Assembly: GCA_038200385.1 (NCBI GenBank)
Contig: JBBPYA010000120.1
Coordinates: forward strand, 1 to 50,339
Length of the DNA: 50,339 nucleotides
Direction: 5' to 3'
Source: Mycobacteriales bacterium
Lineage (GTDB): Bacteria; Actinomycetota; Actinomycetes; Mycobacteriales; Geodermatophilaceae
Positions 19,440 to 28,526 of the stretch are shown here, in pieces. The notes below the pieces were generated by a model. The model made no database searches. It worked only from the letters and a program-made list of their open reading frames with translations, and was not told the origin of the DNA. Every line of letters starts with the position of its first letter. The first letter of the stretch is position 1. The position numbers and the translations under genes were made by a program.

Positions 19440-19653
19440 TCACCCGCTCCACTGATGCGCCACGTGCCTGGCCAGCGCCGTCAGGGTCGCCGGGCCGGCC
19501 GACGCGGCGTCTGAGGAGCCGGCGTGCTCGGCGACGGCATAGGACGCCTCGATCCCGGCGCCGATTGCCTGCAGCAGCTGACCGACGCCGTACTGCCGTG
19601 CACCAACACGGAGGCGCCGGCCCGAAGGAGTCCGGCGCGACCACGACCCGCAT
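19440..19653 (-). pseudogene. short remnant of a glycerate kinase gene (Rv2205c position)
   Basis: The minus strand starts MRVVVAPDSFG, a glycerate kinase N-terminal signature. The reading frame then collapses within about 210 nt, where a gene of roughly 1.1 kb is expected from synteny. Confidence 0.35.
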
Positions 19654-19775
19654 CGTCAGCCCACCCCTGCTGCGCCGACCGAGCTGGGTCGATCATCGAC
19701 CCCAGTGTGACGGGTCGGTCGGCGGTCGGCCGCGGGCTAGGGTTGCCCCGGGTGCGCGTGTGGGAGGGGTGGGCC

Positions 19776-20387
19776 GTGAAGTTTCGCCGTACCGGCAAGC
19801 CGGAGGAGGCCGTGCCGGCCGCCGCGGTCGTTGACGAGTTCGACCTCGGCGACGGCCGCCGGACCGCGTCCAAGGGCCGACCGACGCCGAAGCGGCGCGA
19901 CGCCGACCCACGGGCCCGCGGTCCCGTGCCGCCACCGCCGACCACCCGGCGGGAGGCCTACAAGCGGACCAAGCAGCAGGGCGCGGACAAGCGGGCCGTG
20001 GTCCGCGAGTCCGCGCGCCGTGGCGACGAATCCGCGCTGCCGTCGCGGGATCGTGGCCCGGTCCGGCGGCTGGTGCGCGACATCGTCGACACCCGTCGCA
20101 ACGTGGCGAGCCTGTTCCTGCCCTTTGCGGTGCTGTTCCTGGCCGGCTATTTCGTGCCGAACAGCAGCATCCAGCAGTACCTCGTCCTGGCCTGGACGAT
20201 CTTCTTCCTGCTCGTGATCGCCGACTCGGTCAGCATGGGCCTGCGGATCAGGCGCGCCGTCAAGGCCCGCTTCCCCGAGGACAAGTCCAAGCTGCGGGGA
20301 GTGATCTTCTACGGCATCCAACGCTCCACGATGATCCGGCGCTGGCGCTTCCCGAAGCCGGCGGTGGCACCGAACGCCTCGGTCTGA
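19776..20387 (+). CDS. DUF3043 domain membrane protein
   Basis: The GTG start follows a GGGAGGGG SD. The sequence has a basic N-terminus (GRPTPKRRDA...), then RRNVASLFLPFAVLFLAGYF and two TM segments. It is syntenic with Mtb Rv2206. Confidence 0.75.
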   Translation: MKFRRTGKPEEAVPAAAVVDEFDLGDGRRTASKGRPTPKRRDADPRARGPVPPPPTTRREAYKRTKQQGADKRAVVRESARRGDESALPSRDRGPVRRLVRDIVDTRRNVASLFLPFAVLFLAGYFVPNSSIQQYLVLAWTIFFLLVIADSVSMGLRIRRAVKARFPEDKSKLRGVIFYGIQRSTMIRRWRFPKPAVAPNASV

Positions 20388-20397
20388 CCGGCCCGGA

Positions 20398-20601
20398 TCA
20401 GACCGGGTCCAGTCCCATCGGCCCGTACACGACGCGGTCCCCCTCGAGCAGGCTGACCTGGTGTACCCCGGCCTCGCTCAGCTCGCCGTACCGCTCCCCC
20501 AGCCACGACTCGGCGTCGGAGCGGTTGTCGAACTGCTCCGGCGGAGGGGTCGGCAGCGGCGTACCGTCCTCGTCCTCGTACCGCCAGGTCCAGCTGCTCA
20601 T
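20398..20601 (-). CDS. small acidic hypothetical protein (67 aa)
   Basis: The ATG start follows AAGGA. The sequence is MSSWTWRYEDEDGTPL...SDAESWLGERYGELSEAGVHQVSLLEGDRVVYGPM. GC3 is high. It resembles small conserved actinobacterial proteins from memory only. Confidence 0.5.
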   Translation of the reverse strand: MSSWTWRYEDEDGTPLPTPPPEQFDNRSDAESWLGERYGELSEAGVHQVSLLEGDRVVYGPMGLDPV

Positions 20602-20693
20602 CCTTGCCCGTCCTTCCTGACCGGTACTCGCCGTTGCTCGTCGGCCTTGGCCTGACACGCTAGCGACCGGCGGCGGCGGAAGGAGCCCGGACG

Positions 20694-21491
20694 GTGCAAC
20701 GACGGCCCGAATTGCTGGAACGGCTCGCGGACTGGCTGGCCGCGGGGCCGGCCCCGGCGCTGACCCGGCCGCGGTTGCTCGTCGTCGGGCCCGCGACCCC
20801 CGAGCTGACCGGGCTGGCGGCCCACGTCGGCGCCGGCATCACGACGGTCGAGGCGGGCGGCGCACCGGCCGGCGCGTCGGCAGTGGACGCCGAGGTCGAC
20901 GCCGGCTGCGACCTGCTGCTGCTCGCGACCCCCGGTGTCGACGCGGCGGCGCCGGTCCTCGCCATTGCCGCCTGCGCGGACGAGGAACCGGTGCGTGCCG
21001 TGGGGTTCGGTTCCGGGCTCGAGGATGCCGAGTGGATGCGGCAGGTCGTCGCGGTCCGCGACGGTCTGCGGGTGCTCGACCTGTCGGCCGGGCGCGACAG
21101 CGTCCTGGCCGCACTCCCGGATCCGCTGCTGGCCACCGCGGTGGGCGCCGTGGAACAGGCGGCGCGGCGACGCACCCCGGTCGTGCTGGACGGCACCGGG
21201 GCACTGGCTGCGGCCGTGCTGGGGCTACGGCTGTCGGCGCTGCCGGCAGCGTTGCAGCTGGCGTCCGCACCCGTCGGGCGGGCGGCCGTCCTGGCCCAGC
21301 GGATCCTCGGACTCGATCCGATCCTGGACGTGGGTGAGCACGGGGAGGACGGCTCCGCCGCCCTGCTCGCCCTTGCCCTGCTGCGCGCCGCTCTACTCCC
21401 GGCCCACGAGTCGACCTCGCCGGGCGCCCCGGCGGCTCAGTTGCCGGGAACCACCAGCGGGGACCAGGACCTGCCGTCGGTGGACACGTAG
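20694..21491 (+). CDS. divergent, shortened CobT-like (nicotinate-nucleotide:DMB phosphoribosyltransferase family) protein
   Basis: The C-terminal half aligns by eye to CobT (PVVLDGTGALAAAVL...LGLDPILDVGEHGEDGSAALLALALLRAA). The N-terminal substrate-binding motifs were not recognisable. It is syntenic with Mtb cobT. Confidence 0.45.
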   Translation: MQRRPELLERLADWLAAGPAPALTRPRLLVVGPATPELTGLAAHVGAGITTVEAGGAPAGASAVDAEVDAGCDLLLLATPGVDAAAPVLAIAACADEEPVRAVGFGSGLEDAEWMRQVVAVRDGLRVLDLSAGRDSVLAALPDPLLATAVGAVEQAARRRTPVVLDGTGALAAAVLGLRLSALPAALQLASAPVGRAAVLAQRILGLDPILDVGEHGEDGSAALLALALLRAALLPAHESTSPGAPAAQLPGTTSGDQDLPSVDT

Positions 21492-22633
21492 TAGGTCTCC
21501 CGCGCCGTGTCGCTGACCAGCGTGGCCAGCACCGCCCCGTCCGGTCGGGACTGGCTCAGGAACGCCGGGCCCGGCAGCGGGCCGGCCTCCGCCCACTCCG
21601 TCCCGCCCCGGTCGCTCAGGTAGGTCCGGCCGGGCAGGTCGGTGGAGATCAGCTCACCGGACAGGACTCCGGACGGGGCCCAGACCGTCTGCCGGGCGAA
21701 GTCCAGGTCGACCCAGCTCAGACCGCCGTCGTCGGTCCGGAAGCCGTACGCCGCGGCCAGCCCCACCTGGCCGTACACCTGGAGGAACGCATACGCCCGG
21801 CCGCCGCCGGCGGCGTAGACCCGCACCGCCTTGAGGCGCTGCCCGGCGGCCAGGGCGAAGGGCAGCGGCGCGCTGTTCCAGCTCGATCCGGCGTCGGTGC
21901 TGACCGAGATGGTGGCGCTGGTCTGGCTCCCGGCGACGGCGACCTGGTCGCCGTCCGGAGCCGGCGGCGAGGCCTGCACGTAGTCCGCGCCGGTCGAGTC
22001 GGGCTGGGCCGGCATGGGATGTAGCTGCCAGGACGCCGGGTCGATCCAGGCCAGCGCCGACGGGCAGCGGGTGTCGGCGCAGTCCGCCGACACCCGGGCG
22101 ACGACGAGACCTCCCGGCCCGACGGGCGCGGGCCCGGCCAGCCGCACCGGCTGCTGCTGCCAGGATCGCCCGCCGTCCCCGGAGCGGACCACGCTGCCCA
22201 GTCCGGCATCGTCGACGAAGAGGAGTTCCTCGGCCGAGAGGACCGCGAACGTCTGGTACGGCGCGGCCAGGGCCGGGAGCAGTGGCCGGCTCTCCCAGGA
22301 CCGACCGCCATCGGCGGTGGCCAGGACCCGGCGCGGACACGTCCGGTCGGCGTTGGGCCGGGAGCACACCGCCTGTACCAGGAAGCCGTGGGAGGCGTCG
22401 GCGAACGTGAGCTGGGAGGCCTGATCGGGCGCCCCGAACGACTGCGCCGGCGGCAGCTCGGTCGGCGCGGCCGGCAGGGCTGCCGGGGGCGTGCGGCCGG
22501 AGCCGGCTCCGAGCAGGTTCCAGCCGACGAGGGCGGCGACCACTGCCAGGCCGAGCAGGATCCAGCGCAGCCGGCGCCGCGGCGTACCGGTGTCCAGGAT
22601 CTCCGGCGGCCGACCGAGATCGAGGTCGCTCAC
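21437..22633 (-). CDS. membrane-anchored BNR/Asp-box repeat (beta-propeller-like) protein, paralog 1
   Basis: A GTG start at 22633 gives an N-terminal TM segment (WILLGLAVVAALVGW) and a Pro-rich linker. Asp-boxes follow: TADGGRSW, SGDGGRSW, STDAGSSW, TDDGGLSW and SDRGGTEW. Confidence 0.7.
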   Translation of the reverse strand: MSDLDLGRPPEILDTGTPRRRLRWILLGLAVVAALVGWNLLGAGSGRTPPAALPAAPTELPPAQSFGAPDQASQLTFADASHGFLVQAVCSRPNADRTCPRRVLATADGGRSWESRPLLPALAAPYQTFAVLSAEELLFVDDAGLGSVVRSGDGGRSWQQQPVRLAGPAPVGPGGLVVARVSADCADTRCPSALAWIDPASWQLHPMPAQPDSTGADYVQASPPAPDGDQVAVAGSQTSATISVSTDAGSSWNSAPLPFALAAGQRLKAVRVYAAGGGRAYAFLQVYGQVGLAAAYGFRTDDGGLSWVDLDFARQTVWAPSGVLSGELISTDLPGRTYLSDRGGTEWAEAGPLPGPAFLSQSRPDGAVLATLVSDTARETYYVSTDGRSWSPLVVPGN

Positions 22634-22682
22634 CGCCTGACTATCCCTGCGCGACCGACTACCGACAAGCGGATCGCCCGGT

Positions 22683-23894
22683 TCAGCCGGCCGGCACCTC
22701 CACCGGGAGCCAGCCGAGCGCGTCGAAGGACAGGAAGAGCTGCGGCTGTTGCTCGGCAAAGGCGACGGCGAACACGGGTCCGTCCGCCCGGTCCTGCGCC
22801 AGGTAGGACGTCTCCGGCGGCCCGTGCCGCACCGGCGCCCATGTGGTGCCACCCGCGGTACTGACCAGGATCTGGCCGGCCGTGTCGGTCGTGGCCAGCT
22901 CACCGTGCACCGCCACCGAGGGCACGAGAAGGTCGGCGGGCAGACCCAGGTCGACCCAGGTCGCGCCGCCGTCGTCGGTGCGGAACCCGTACGTGGTGGA
23001 CAGCACCGGCTGTGTCGCAACCTGCTGGACCGACACGAACGCGTAGGCCCGGCCGCCGCCGGCGGCCAGCGCCGTCACGTCGGACACGGCCACGGCAGGA
23101 TCCGCGCCCGCGCGCAACGGCACTGGCAGCGCGGTCTCGGACCAGGTCAGGCCGCCGTCGGTACTCATCGTGACCACGGCCCGGTCCGCACCGGTGAGGG
23201 TCGCTACGACATCGCCGTCCGCGGACATCTCCGAGGGCACGAGCAGGTCGGAGTGCGCCGGCTGGGTCGGGAACGGTCGGCGCTGCTGCGTGGCCAGGTC
23301 CAACCAGGCCAGCGTGATGGGGCACCCGCGCGGACAGGGACGGGACTGCTGCTGCTTGACCACCAGTGCCCCCGGCCGGGCCGGAGCCGGCGCGGAGACC
23401 GCGATCGAGAGCCGGAACCAGGAGCGGCCACCGTCCTCGCTCCGGACCAGCGCTGCCGAACCCACCTGCTCCAGGAGGAGCACGGTGTTCGGCGGTTCAA
23501 CGACGAGCCGTTGGAAGACGTCGGCGAAGGCGGGGATCTGGGCACGAGGCTGCCAGGTCCGGCCACCGTCGACGGTATCCAGCAGCACGCGGGCGCAGCG
23601 GGGCTCCGGGGTCGCCGCGTCGCACCGTCGCTGCACCAGATAACCCCTCGCGGAGTCGAGGAACGCGACGTCCTCGATGGTGTCGGCGGGACCGGGGCTC
23701 GGGTACGTCGGATCCTCGGGGGTTGCCGACAGCGGGATCGACGACGGCGCCGGGGCGGCCACCGGAGGGTCCGATCCCGCGGTCAACCGCCAGCCCAGCA
23801 GCACCACCGCCACGATCAGGGCGCCGATCAGCCACCCGCTGCGGCGCGGCGACCTGCCGCTGTCGAGGACCTCGACGGGGTTCCCGTCGTGCAC
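22683..23894 (-). CDS. membrane-anchored BNR/Asp-box repeat (beta-propeller-like) protein, paralog 2
   Basis: It has an N-terminal TM segment (WLIGALIVAVVLLGW). Its Asp-boxes are TVDGGRTW, SEDGGRSW, STDGGLTW, TDDGGATW and STAGGTTW. It is colinear with paralog 1, including the conserved Cys pairs. Confidence 0.7.
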   Translation of the reverse strand: MHDGNPVEVLDSGRSPRRSGWLIGALIVAVVLLGWRLTAGSDPPVAAPAPSSIPLSATPEDPTYPSPGPADTIEDVAFLDSARGYLVQRRCDAATPEPRCARVLLDTVDGGRTWQPRAQIPAFADVFQRLVVEPPNTVLLLEQVGSAALVRSEDGGRSWFRLSIAVSAPAPARPGALVVKQQQSRPCPRGCPITLAWLDLATQQRRPFPTQPAHSDLLVPSEMSADGDVVATLTGADRAVVTMSTDGGLTWSETALPVPLRAGADPAVAVSDVTALAAGGGRAYAFVSVQQVATQPVLSTTYGFRTDDGGATWVDLGLPADLLVPSVAVHGELATTDTAGQILVSTAGGTTWAPVRHGPPETSYLAQDRADGPVFAVAFAEQQPQLFLSFDALGWLPVEVPAG

Positions 23895-23922
23895 CGGGCC
23901 AGTATCGGCTCTGATACCCCGA

Positions 23923-25017
23923 TCAGCGGGTGTGCAGGTCCACGAACGGTGGCCGGACCACCCGCATGGTGACCGCCTTGCCGCGGATGTCGACGGCCAC
24001 CTCGTCGCCCTCGGCCAGCCCGGCGGCCCGGTCCAGCAGGGCCAGCCCGATCCCGCGCCGCAGGGTCGGGGAGAACGTCCCGCTGGTCACCTCGCCGGCC
24101 GTCGACCCGTCCTCGGCGATGACGGACAGGTGCGCCCGGGGGATCCCACGGTCCACGGCCTCCAGGCCCCAGAGCAGCCGCGTCGGCTTGGCCGCCCGCT
24201 CGGCCACGAGGGCGGTGCGGCCCCAGAACTCGGGCTTGTCCCAGCCCACCGCCCACCCGTTGCGCGCCTGGTTCGGGGTGATCGTCAGGGACAGGTCCTG
24301 GCCGTGCAGCGGGTAGCCCATCTCGGTGCGCAGGGTGTCCCGCGCTCCCAGGCCGCACGGGCGCACGCCCTGTGCCGCCAGCGCGTCCCAGACCGCACCG
24401 GCGTCGTCCCACCCGACCACGAGTTCGTAACCGTGCTCGCCGGTGTACCCGGTCCGGCAGATCACCACGTCGCGCCCGTCGTACGCCGCGGTGGCGAAGC
24501 TCATGTAGTCGTGTCCGTTCGGCAGCCGGAGCTCGGCCAGCACCTGGGGCGAGCGTGGCCCCTGCACCGCGAGCACCGCGTGCCGCTGGTGCTCGTCGGT
24601 GACGGTCAACCCGGGCGGGGCCGCGTCCTGCAGCCGGCGGACCACGTCGGCGGTGTTTGCCGCGTTGGGGATGAGGAACACCTCGTCGGGTCCGAACAGG
24701 TAGGCGATCAGATCGTCGACGACGCCACCGGACTCGTCGCAGCACATCGTGTACTGCGCCTGGCCGGGCGCGATCCGGTCGAGGTCGTTGGTCAGGCAGG
24801 CGTTGAGGAACGCCGCCGCGCCCGGCCCCGCGACGCGCGCCTTGCCCAGGTGGGAGACGTCGAAGACGCCGACGTCCTCGCGCACGGCGGCGTGCTCCTT
24901 GAGGACGCCTCCTCCCGCGGCGGCATACTCGATCGGCATCTCCCAGCCACCGAAGTCGGCCATCTTCGCGCCGAGCGCGGTGTGCCGGTCGTGCAAGGGA
25001 GAGCGCTCCATGACCAC
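23923..25017 (-). CDS. gcvT: glycine cleavage system aminomethyltransferase (T protein)
   Basis: The sequence reads [26 protein letters not shown]...[11 protein letters not shown]...[17 protein letters not shown] over its full length (364 aa). Confidence 0.93.
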   Translation of the reverse strand: MVMERSPLHDRHTALGAKMADFGGWEMPIEYAAAGGGVLKEHAAVREDVGVFDVSHLGKARVAGPGAAAFLNACLTNDLDRIAPGQAQYTMCCDESGGVVDDLIAYLFGPDEVFLIPNAANTADVVRRLQDAAPPGLTVTDEHQRHAVLAVQGPRSPQVLAELRLPNGHDYMSFATAAYDGRDVVICRTGYTGEHGYELVVGWDDAGAVWDALAAQGVRPCGLGARDTLRTEMGYPLHGQDLSLTITPNQARNGWAVGWDKPEFWGRTALVAERAAKPTRLLWGLEAVDRGIPRAHLSVIAEDGSTAGEVTSGTFSPTLRRGIGLALLDRAAGLAEGDEVAVDIRGKAVTMRVVRPPFVDLHTR

Positions 25018-25113
25018 GACGCTATCGGCAGTGCGGGCCCGCGCCCGCGCACCCGGGCGGGGTTAGCATCCCGACGTCCGCACCGCTGGTGCCCCCCGTG
25101 ATCGGAGTCCCCT

Positions 25114-26622
25114 TTGTCCTCGCTCTCCCTGACCGATGCCGACCTGACCGACCTGGCCGCCGACGCCGTCGTGGTCGGACTGCACAGCGGCCCGGACGGT
25201 CCGTCGCTCGCCCCCGGCTGCCAGGCCGTGGACGCCGCGCTCGGCGGTGGCCTGCTCGCGGCGCTGTCCGCGTTGGGTGCGACCGGGTCGGAGGACGAGG
25301 TGGTCAAGCTCGCCACCCTCGGCGCGCTGCGGACCCCGGTCGTGGCCGCCGTGGGACTGGGCGGGCGCAACGCCCGGGTGGACCCCGAGGTGGCACGCCG
25401 GGCCGCCGGCGCCGCCAGCCGCGCACTGGCCGGACGGTCCTCGGTGGCGACGACACTCGCCCTCGTCGACGGCGAACCCTCGCAGGACCTCCTGCAGGCG
25501 GTGGCCGAGGGCTCCCTGATCGGGACGTACCAGTTCACGGCGTACAAGAGCAAGCAGCCGCCGGCCCACCGACGCCCGCCCTCGTCGGTGCAGGTCGTCG
25601 TGCCGTCGGCGAAGGACCGCGCGAGCAGGGCGGTCGTGAAGCGGGCCGGCGCGGTGGCCGATGCGGTGACGCTGTGCCGGGACCTGATCAACACCCCGCC
25701 GAACGACCTGTTCCCGGCGGAGTTCGCCGCCCGCGCTCAGCGGGCCGGCGCGAAGGTCGGCCTGGACGTCGAGGTACTGGACGAGAAGGCGCTGAAGAAG
25801 GGCGGCTACGGAGGCATCCTCGGAGTCGGAATGGGATCCGCACGCCCACCGCGACTGGTCCGGATGTCCTACCGGGGTCGGGGTGCCAAGACGAAGGTGG
25901 CCCTGGTCGGCAAGGGCATCACGTTCGACTCCGGCGGCATCTCGATCAAGCCGGCTGCGTCCATGGAGAACATGAAGAGCGACATGAGCGGGGCCGCGGC
26001 GGTGGTGGCCGCGATGACGCTGATCGCCACGCTGAAACTCCCGGTCGAGGTAGTGGCCACCGTGCCGATGGCGGAGAACCTGCCGGGTGGTACGGCGTAC
26101 CGCCCGGCGGACGTCCTGACGTTCCGGAACGGCAAGAAGGCCGAGATCCTCAACACCGACGCGGAAGGTCGGGTGATCCTCGCCGACGCGATCTCCCGCG
26201 CGTGTGAGGACTCCCCCGCCTACCTGATCGAGACCTCGACGCTGACCGGCGCCCAGGTGGTGGCTCTGGGCAACCGGACCGCGGGCGTCATGGGCAGCGA
26301 CCAGCTGCGCGACCGGGTGGTGTCGGCGGGGCGGAGCAGCGGCGAGGGCATGTGGGCGATGCCCCTGCCCCCGGAGCTGCGCAAGGGCCTGGACTCCCAG
26401 ACCGCGGACTTCGCCAACGTCGGTGACCGCAGCGGTGGCATGCTGGCCGCCGGCCACTTCCTGTCCGAGTTCGTGGCCGACGGCGTCGAGTGGGCGCACA
26501 TCGACATCGCCGGGCCGGCGTACAACACCGGCGCGCCCTGGGGTTACACGATCAAGGGCGGCACCGGCGTACCGGTGCGGACGCTGCTCGCCCTCGTCGA
26601 GGACATCGCGGCCAACGGATGA
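25114..26622 (+). CDS. pepA: M17 leucyl aminopeptidase
   Basis: The motifs VGKGITFDSGGISIKP, NTDAEGRVILADA and the C-terminal GATG-type block are present. The start is a TTG. Confidence 0.92.
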   Translation: MSSLSLTDADLTDLAADAVVVGLHSGPDGPSLAPGCQAVDAALGGGLLAALSALGATGSEDEVVKLATLGALRTPVVAAVGLGGRNARVDPEVARRAAGAASRALAGRSSVATTLALVDGEPSQDLLQAVAEGSLIGTYQFTAYKSKQPPAHRRPPSSVQVVVPSAKDRASRAVVKRAGAVADAVTLCRDLINTPPNDLFPAEFAARAQRAGAKVGLDVEVLDEKALKKGGYGGILGVGMGSARPPRLVRMSYRGRGAKTKVALVGKGITFDSGGISIKPAASMENMKSDMSGAAAVVAAMTLIATLKLPVEVVATVPMAENLPGGTAYRPADVLTFRNGKKAEILNTDAEGRVILADAISRACEDSPAYLIETSTLTGAQVVALGNRTAGVMGSDQLRDRVVSAGRSSGEGMWAMPLPPELRKGLDSQTADFANVGDRSGGMLAAGHFLSEFVADGVEWAHIDIAGPAYNTGAPWGYTIKGGTGVPVRTLLALVEDIAANG

Positions 26623-26629
26623 GCGGAGG

Positions 26630-26968
26630 TCAGGACCGTTCGACGTCGGGTACGCCGGTGTCGCCGGCCTCTTTGCGCTTGCGGGTCCACTCCCGCATCT
26701 TCTCGGGGTAGCCGACCGCTTCGACGTCGTACACCGGGACGCCGAGCTTGTTGCCGAACTTGCGCACCACGTCGGCGCTGGCGACCCGACGCCGCGTCCA
26801 CTCGCCGTCCGCGGCGACCAGGACCACGGTCATCTCGGTGACCGCGGTCTTGGGTTCGAGGTAGGCCTCGACACCCTGGTGGTTGTGCACGAATTCGAGC
26901 AGGTGCTTGCCCGGCCCCCCAGCCTGGCTTCCTCCCCCTAGACCCTTCTTCCGACCGAACAGACGCAC
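26630..26968 (-). CDS. conserved hypothetical protein (112 aa)
   Basis: The GTG start lies 2 nt after a GAGGAGGCA SD. The sequence is VRLFGRKKG...LLEFVHNHQGVEAYLEPKTAVTEMTVVLVAADGEWTRRRV.... The longer 269-aa ORF is antisense to lpdA and was rejected. Confidence 0.55.
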   Translation of the reverse strand: MRLFGRKKGLGGGSQAGGPGKHLLEFVHNHQGVEAYLEPKTAVTEMTVVLVAADGEWTRRRVASADVVRKFGNKLGVPVYDVEAVGYPEKMREWTRKRKEAGDTGVPDVERS

Positions 26969-27098
26969 TGTGCCTCCTCGACTCTGAGTACCCGGACCGG
27001 CGTCCGTCCCCACATCTTCGCCCCCGAGTGCGTCTTTCGCGTGCATCGGGCGCTGGTGACAAGATGCTAGAGAGCAAACGAAATCGTCAGGAGATGCC

Positions 27099-28487
27099 GT
27101 GAGCAACGCCGAAGCCAACTCCGAGACCGTCGATCTGGTCATCCTGGGCGGAGGGTCCGGGGGGTACGCCGCGGCGCTGCGCGCCGCCGAGCTGGAGCTG
27201 TCGGTGGTCCTCATCGAGCGGGACAAGGTGGGCGGGACCTGCCTGCACCGCGGGTGCATCCCCACCAAGGCGCTGCTGCACGCCGCCGAGGTGGCCGACA
27301 GTGCGCGCGACGGCGAGCAGTTCGGCGTCAAGACGAGCCTGCACGGCATCGACATGACCGGCGTGAACAAGTACAAGGACTCGGTCACGGCGCGGCTGTA
27401 CACGGGTCTGCAGGGACTGGTGAAGAGCCGGGCGATCACCTACGTCGAGGGCGAGGGCAAGCTGGTCTCCCCGACGGCGGTGGAGGTGGACGGCCGACGC
27501 TACGAGGGGCGCCACGTCCTGCTGGCCACCGGGTCCTACGCCCGCACCCTGCCGGGCCTGGACATCGACGGTCAGCGGGTCATCACCAGCGACCACGCGC
27601 TGCGGCTGGAGCGGGTGCCGGAGTCGGTGGTCGTGCTCGGCGGCGGGGTGATCGGCTGCGAGTTCGCGAGTGTGTGGCGCTCCTTCGGTGCCGAGGTGAC
27701 CATCGTCGAAGCCCTGGCGCACCTGGTCGCGCTGGAGGACGAGTCCTCCTCCAAGCAGCTCGAGCGGGCCTTCCGCAAGCGCGGCATCAAGTTCGAGCTG
27801 GGCGCGAAGTTCACCGATGTCGAGCCCGGGGAGTCCGGGGTCCGGGTCAGCCTGGAGGGCGGCAAGACGATCGAGGCCGAATTGCTCCTCGTCGCCGTCG
27901 GCCGCGGTCCGACTTCGGCCGACCTGGGGTACGAGGAGGCCGGGGTCGAGATGGACCGCGGTTTCGTCCTGACCGACGAGTCCTGCCAGACCAACGTCGA
28001 GACCATCTCGGCGGTCGGCGACCTGATCCCCACCCTGCAGCTGGCCCACGCTGGCTTCGCCGAGGGGATCCTGGTCGCCGAGCGGCTGGCCGGCCTCCCT
28101 GTGGTGCCGATCGACTACGCCGGCGTACCGCGGATCACCTACTCCGAACCCGAGGTCGCCTCGGTGGGGCTGACCACGGCACAGGCCGAAAAGGCCGGGC
28201 ACGACGTCGTCGAACTCACCTACGACCTGGCCGGCAACGGCAAGAGCCAGATCCTCAAGACGGCGGGCTCGGTGAAGCTGGTCTCGGTCAAGGACGGCCC
28301 CGTCCTCGGCGTGCACATGGTCGGCAGCCGGGTCGGTGAGCTGATCGCGGAGGCACAGCTGATCTACAACTGGGAGGCTCTGCCCGCCGAGGTGGCCCAG
28401 CTGATCCATCCGCACCCGACGATGTCCGAGGCGGTCGGCGAGGCCCACCTGGCGCTGGCCGGCAAACCGCTGCACTCGCACGGCTAG
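27099..28487 (+). CDS. lpdA: dihydrolipoyl dehydrogenase (E3)
   Basis: It has GGGSGGY (FAD binding), the redox-active GGTCLHRGCIPTK and the C-terminal HPHPTMSEA. Confidence 0.93.
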   Translation: MSNAEANSETVDLVILGGGSGGYAAALRAAELELSVVLIERDKVGGTCLHRGCIPTKALLHAAEVADSARDGEQFGVKTSLHGIDMTGVNKYKDSVTARLYTGLQGLVKSRAITYVEGEGKLVSPTAVEVDGRRYEGRHVLLATGSYARTLPGLDIDGQRVITSDHALRLERVPESVVVLGGGVIGCEFASVWRSFGAEVTIVEALAHLVALEDESSSKQLERAFRKRGIKFELGAKFTDVEPGESGVRVSLEGGKTIEAELLLVAVGRGPTSADLGYEEAGVEMDRGFVLTDESCQTNVETISAVGDLIPTLQLAHAGFAEGILVAERLAGLPVVPIDYAGVPRITYSEPEVASVGLTTAQAEKAGHDVVELTYDLAGNGKSQILKTAGSVKLVSVKDGPVLGVHMVGSRVGELIAEAQLIYNWEALPAEVAQLIHPHPTMSEAVGEAHLALAGKPLHSHG

Positions 28488-28526
28488 TTCACAGCCAGTC
28501 CTGACCCAGGAAGGAGCCGCGCGCCC

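Noticed and set aside
25018-25113. A possible glycine riboswitch in the gcvT leader.
   Set aside because: The leader is only about 96 nt. Read on the minus strand it lacks the conserved GGAGAG / CCGAAGGGGCAA-type aptamer blocks.
26969-27439. The long version (269 aa) of the ORF ending at 26630.
   Set aside because: The extension is antisense to the lpdA 5' region and featureless. A GTG at 26968 with a GAGGAGG SD gives a compact 112-aa protein with conserved-looking sequence.
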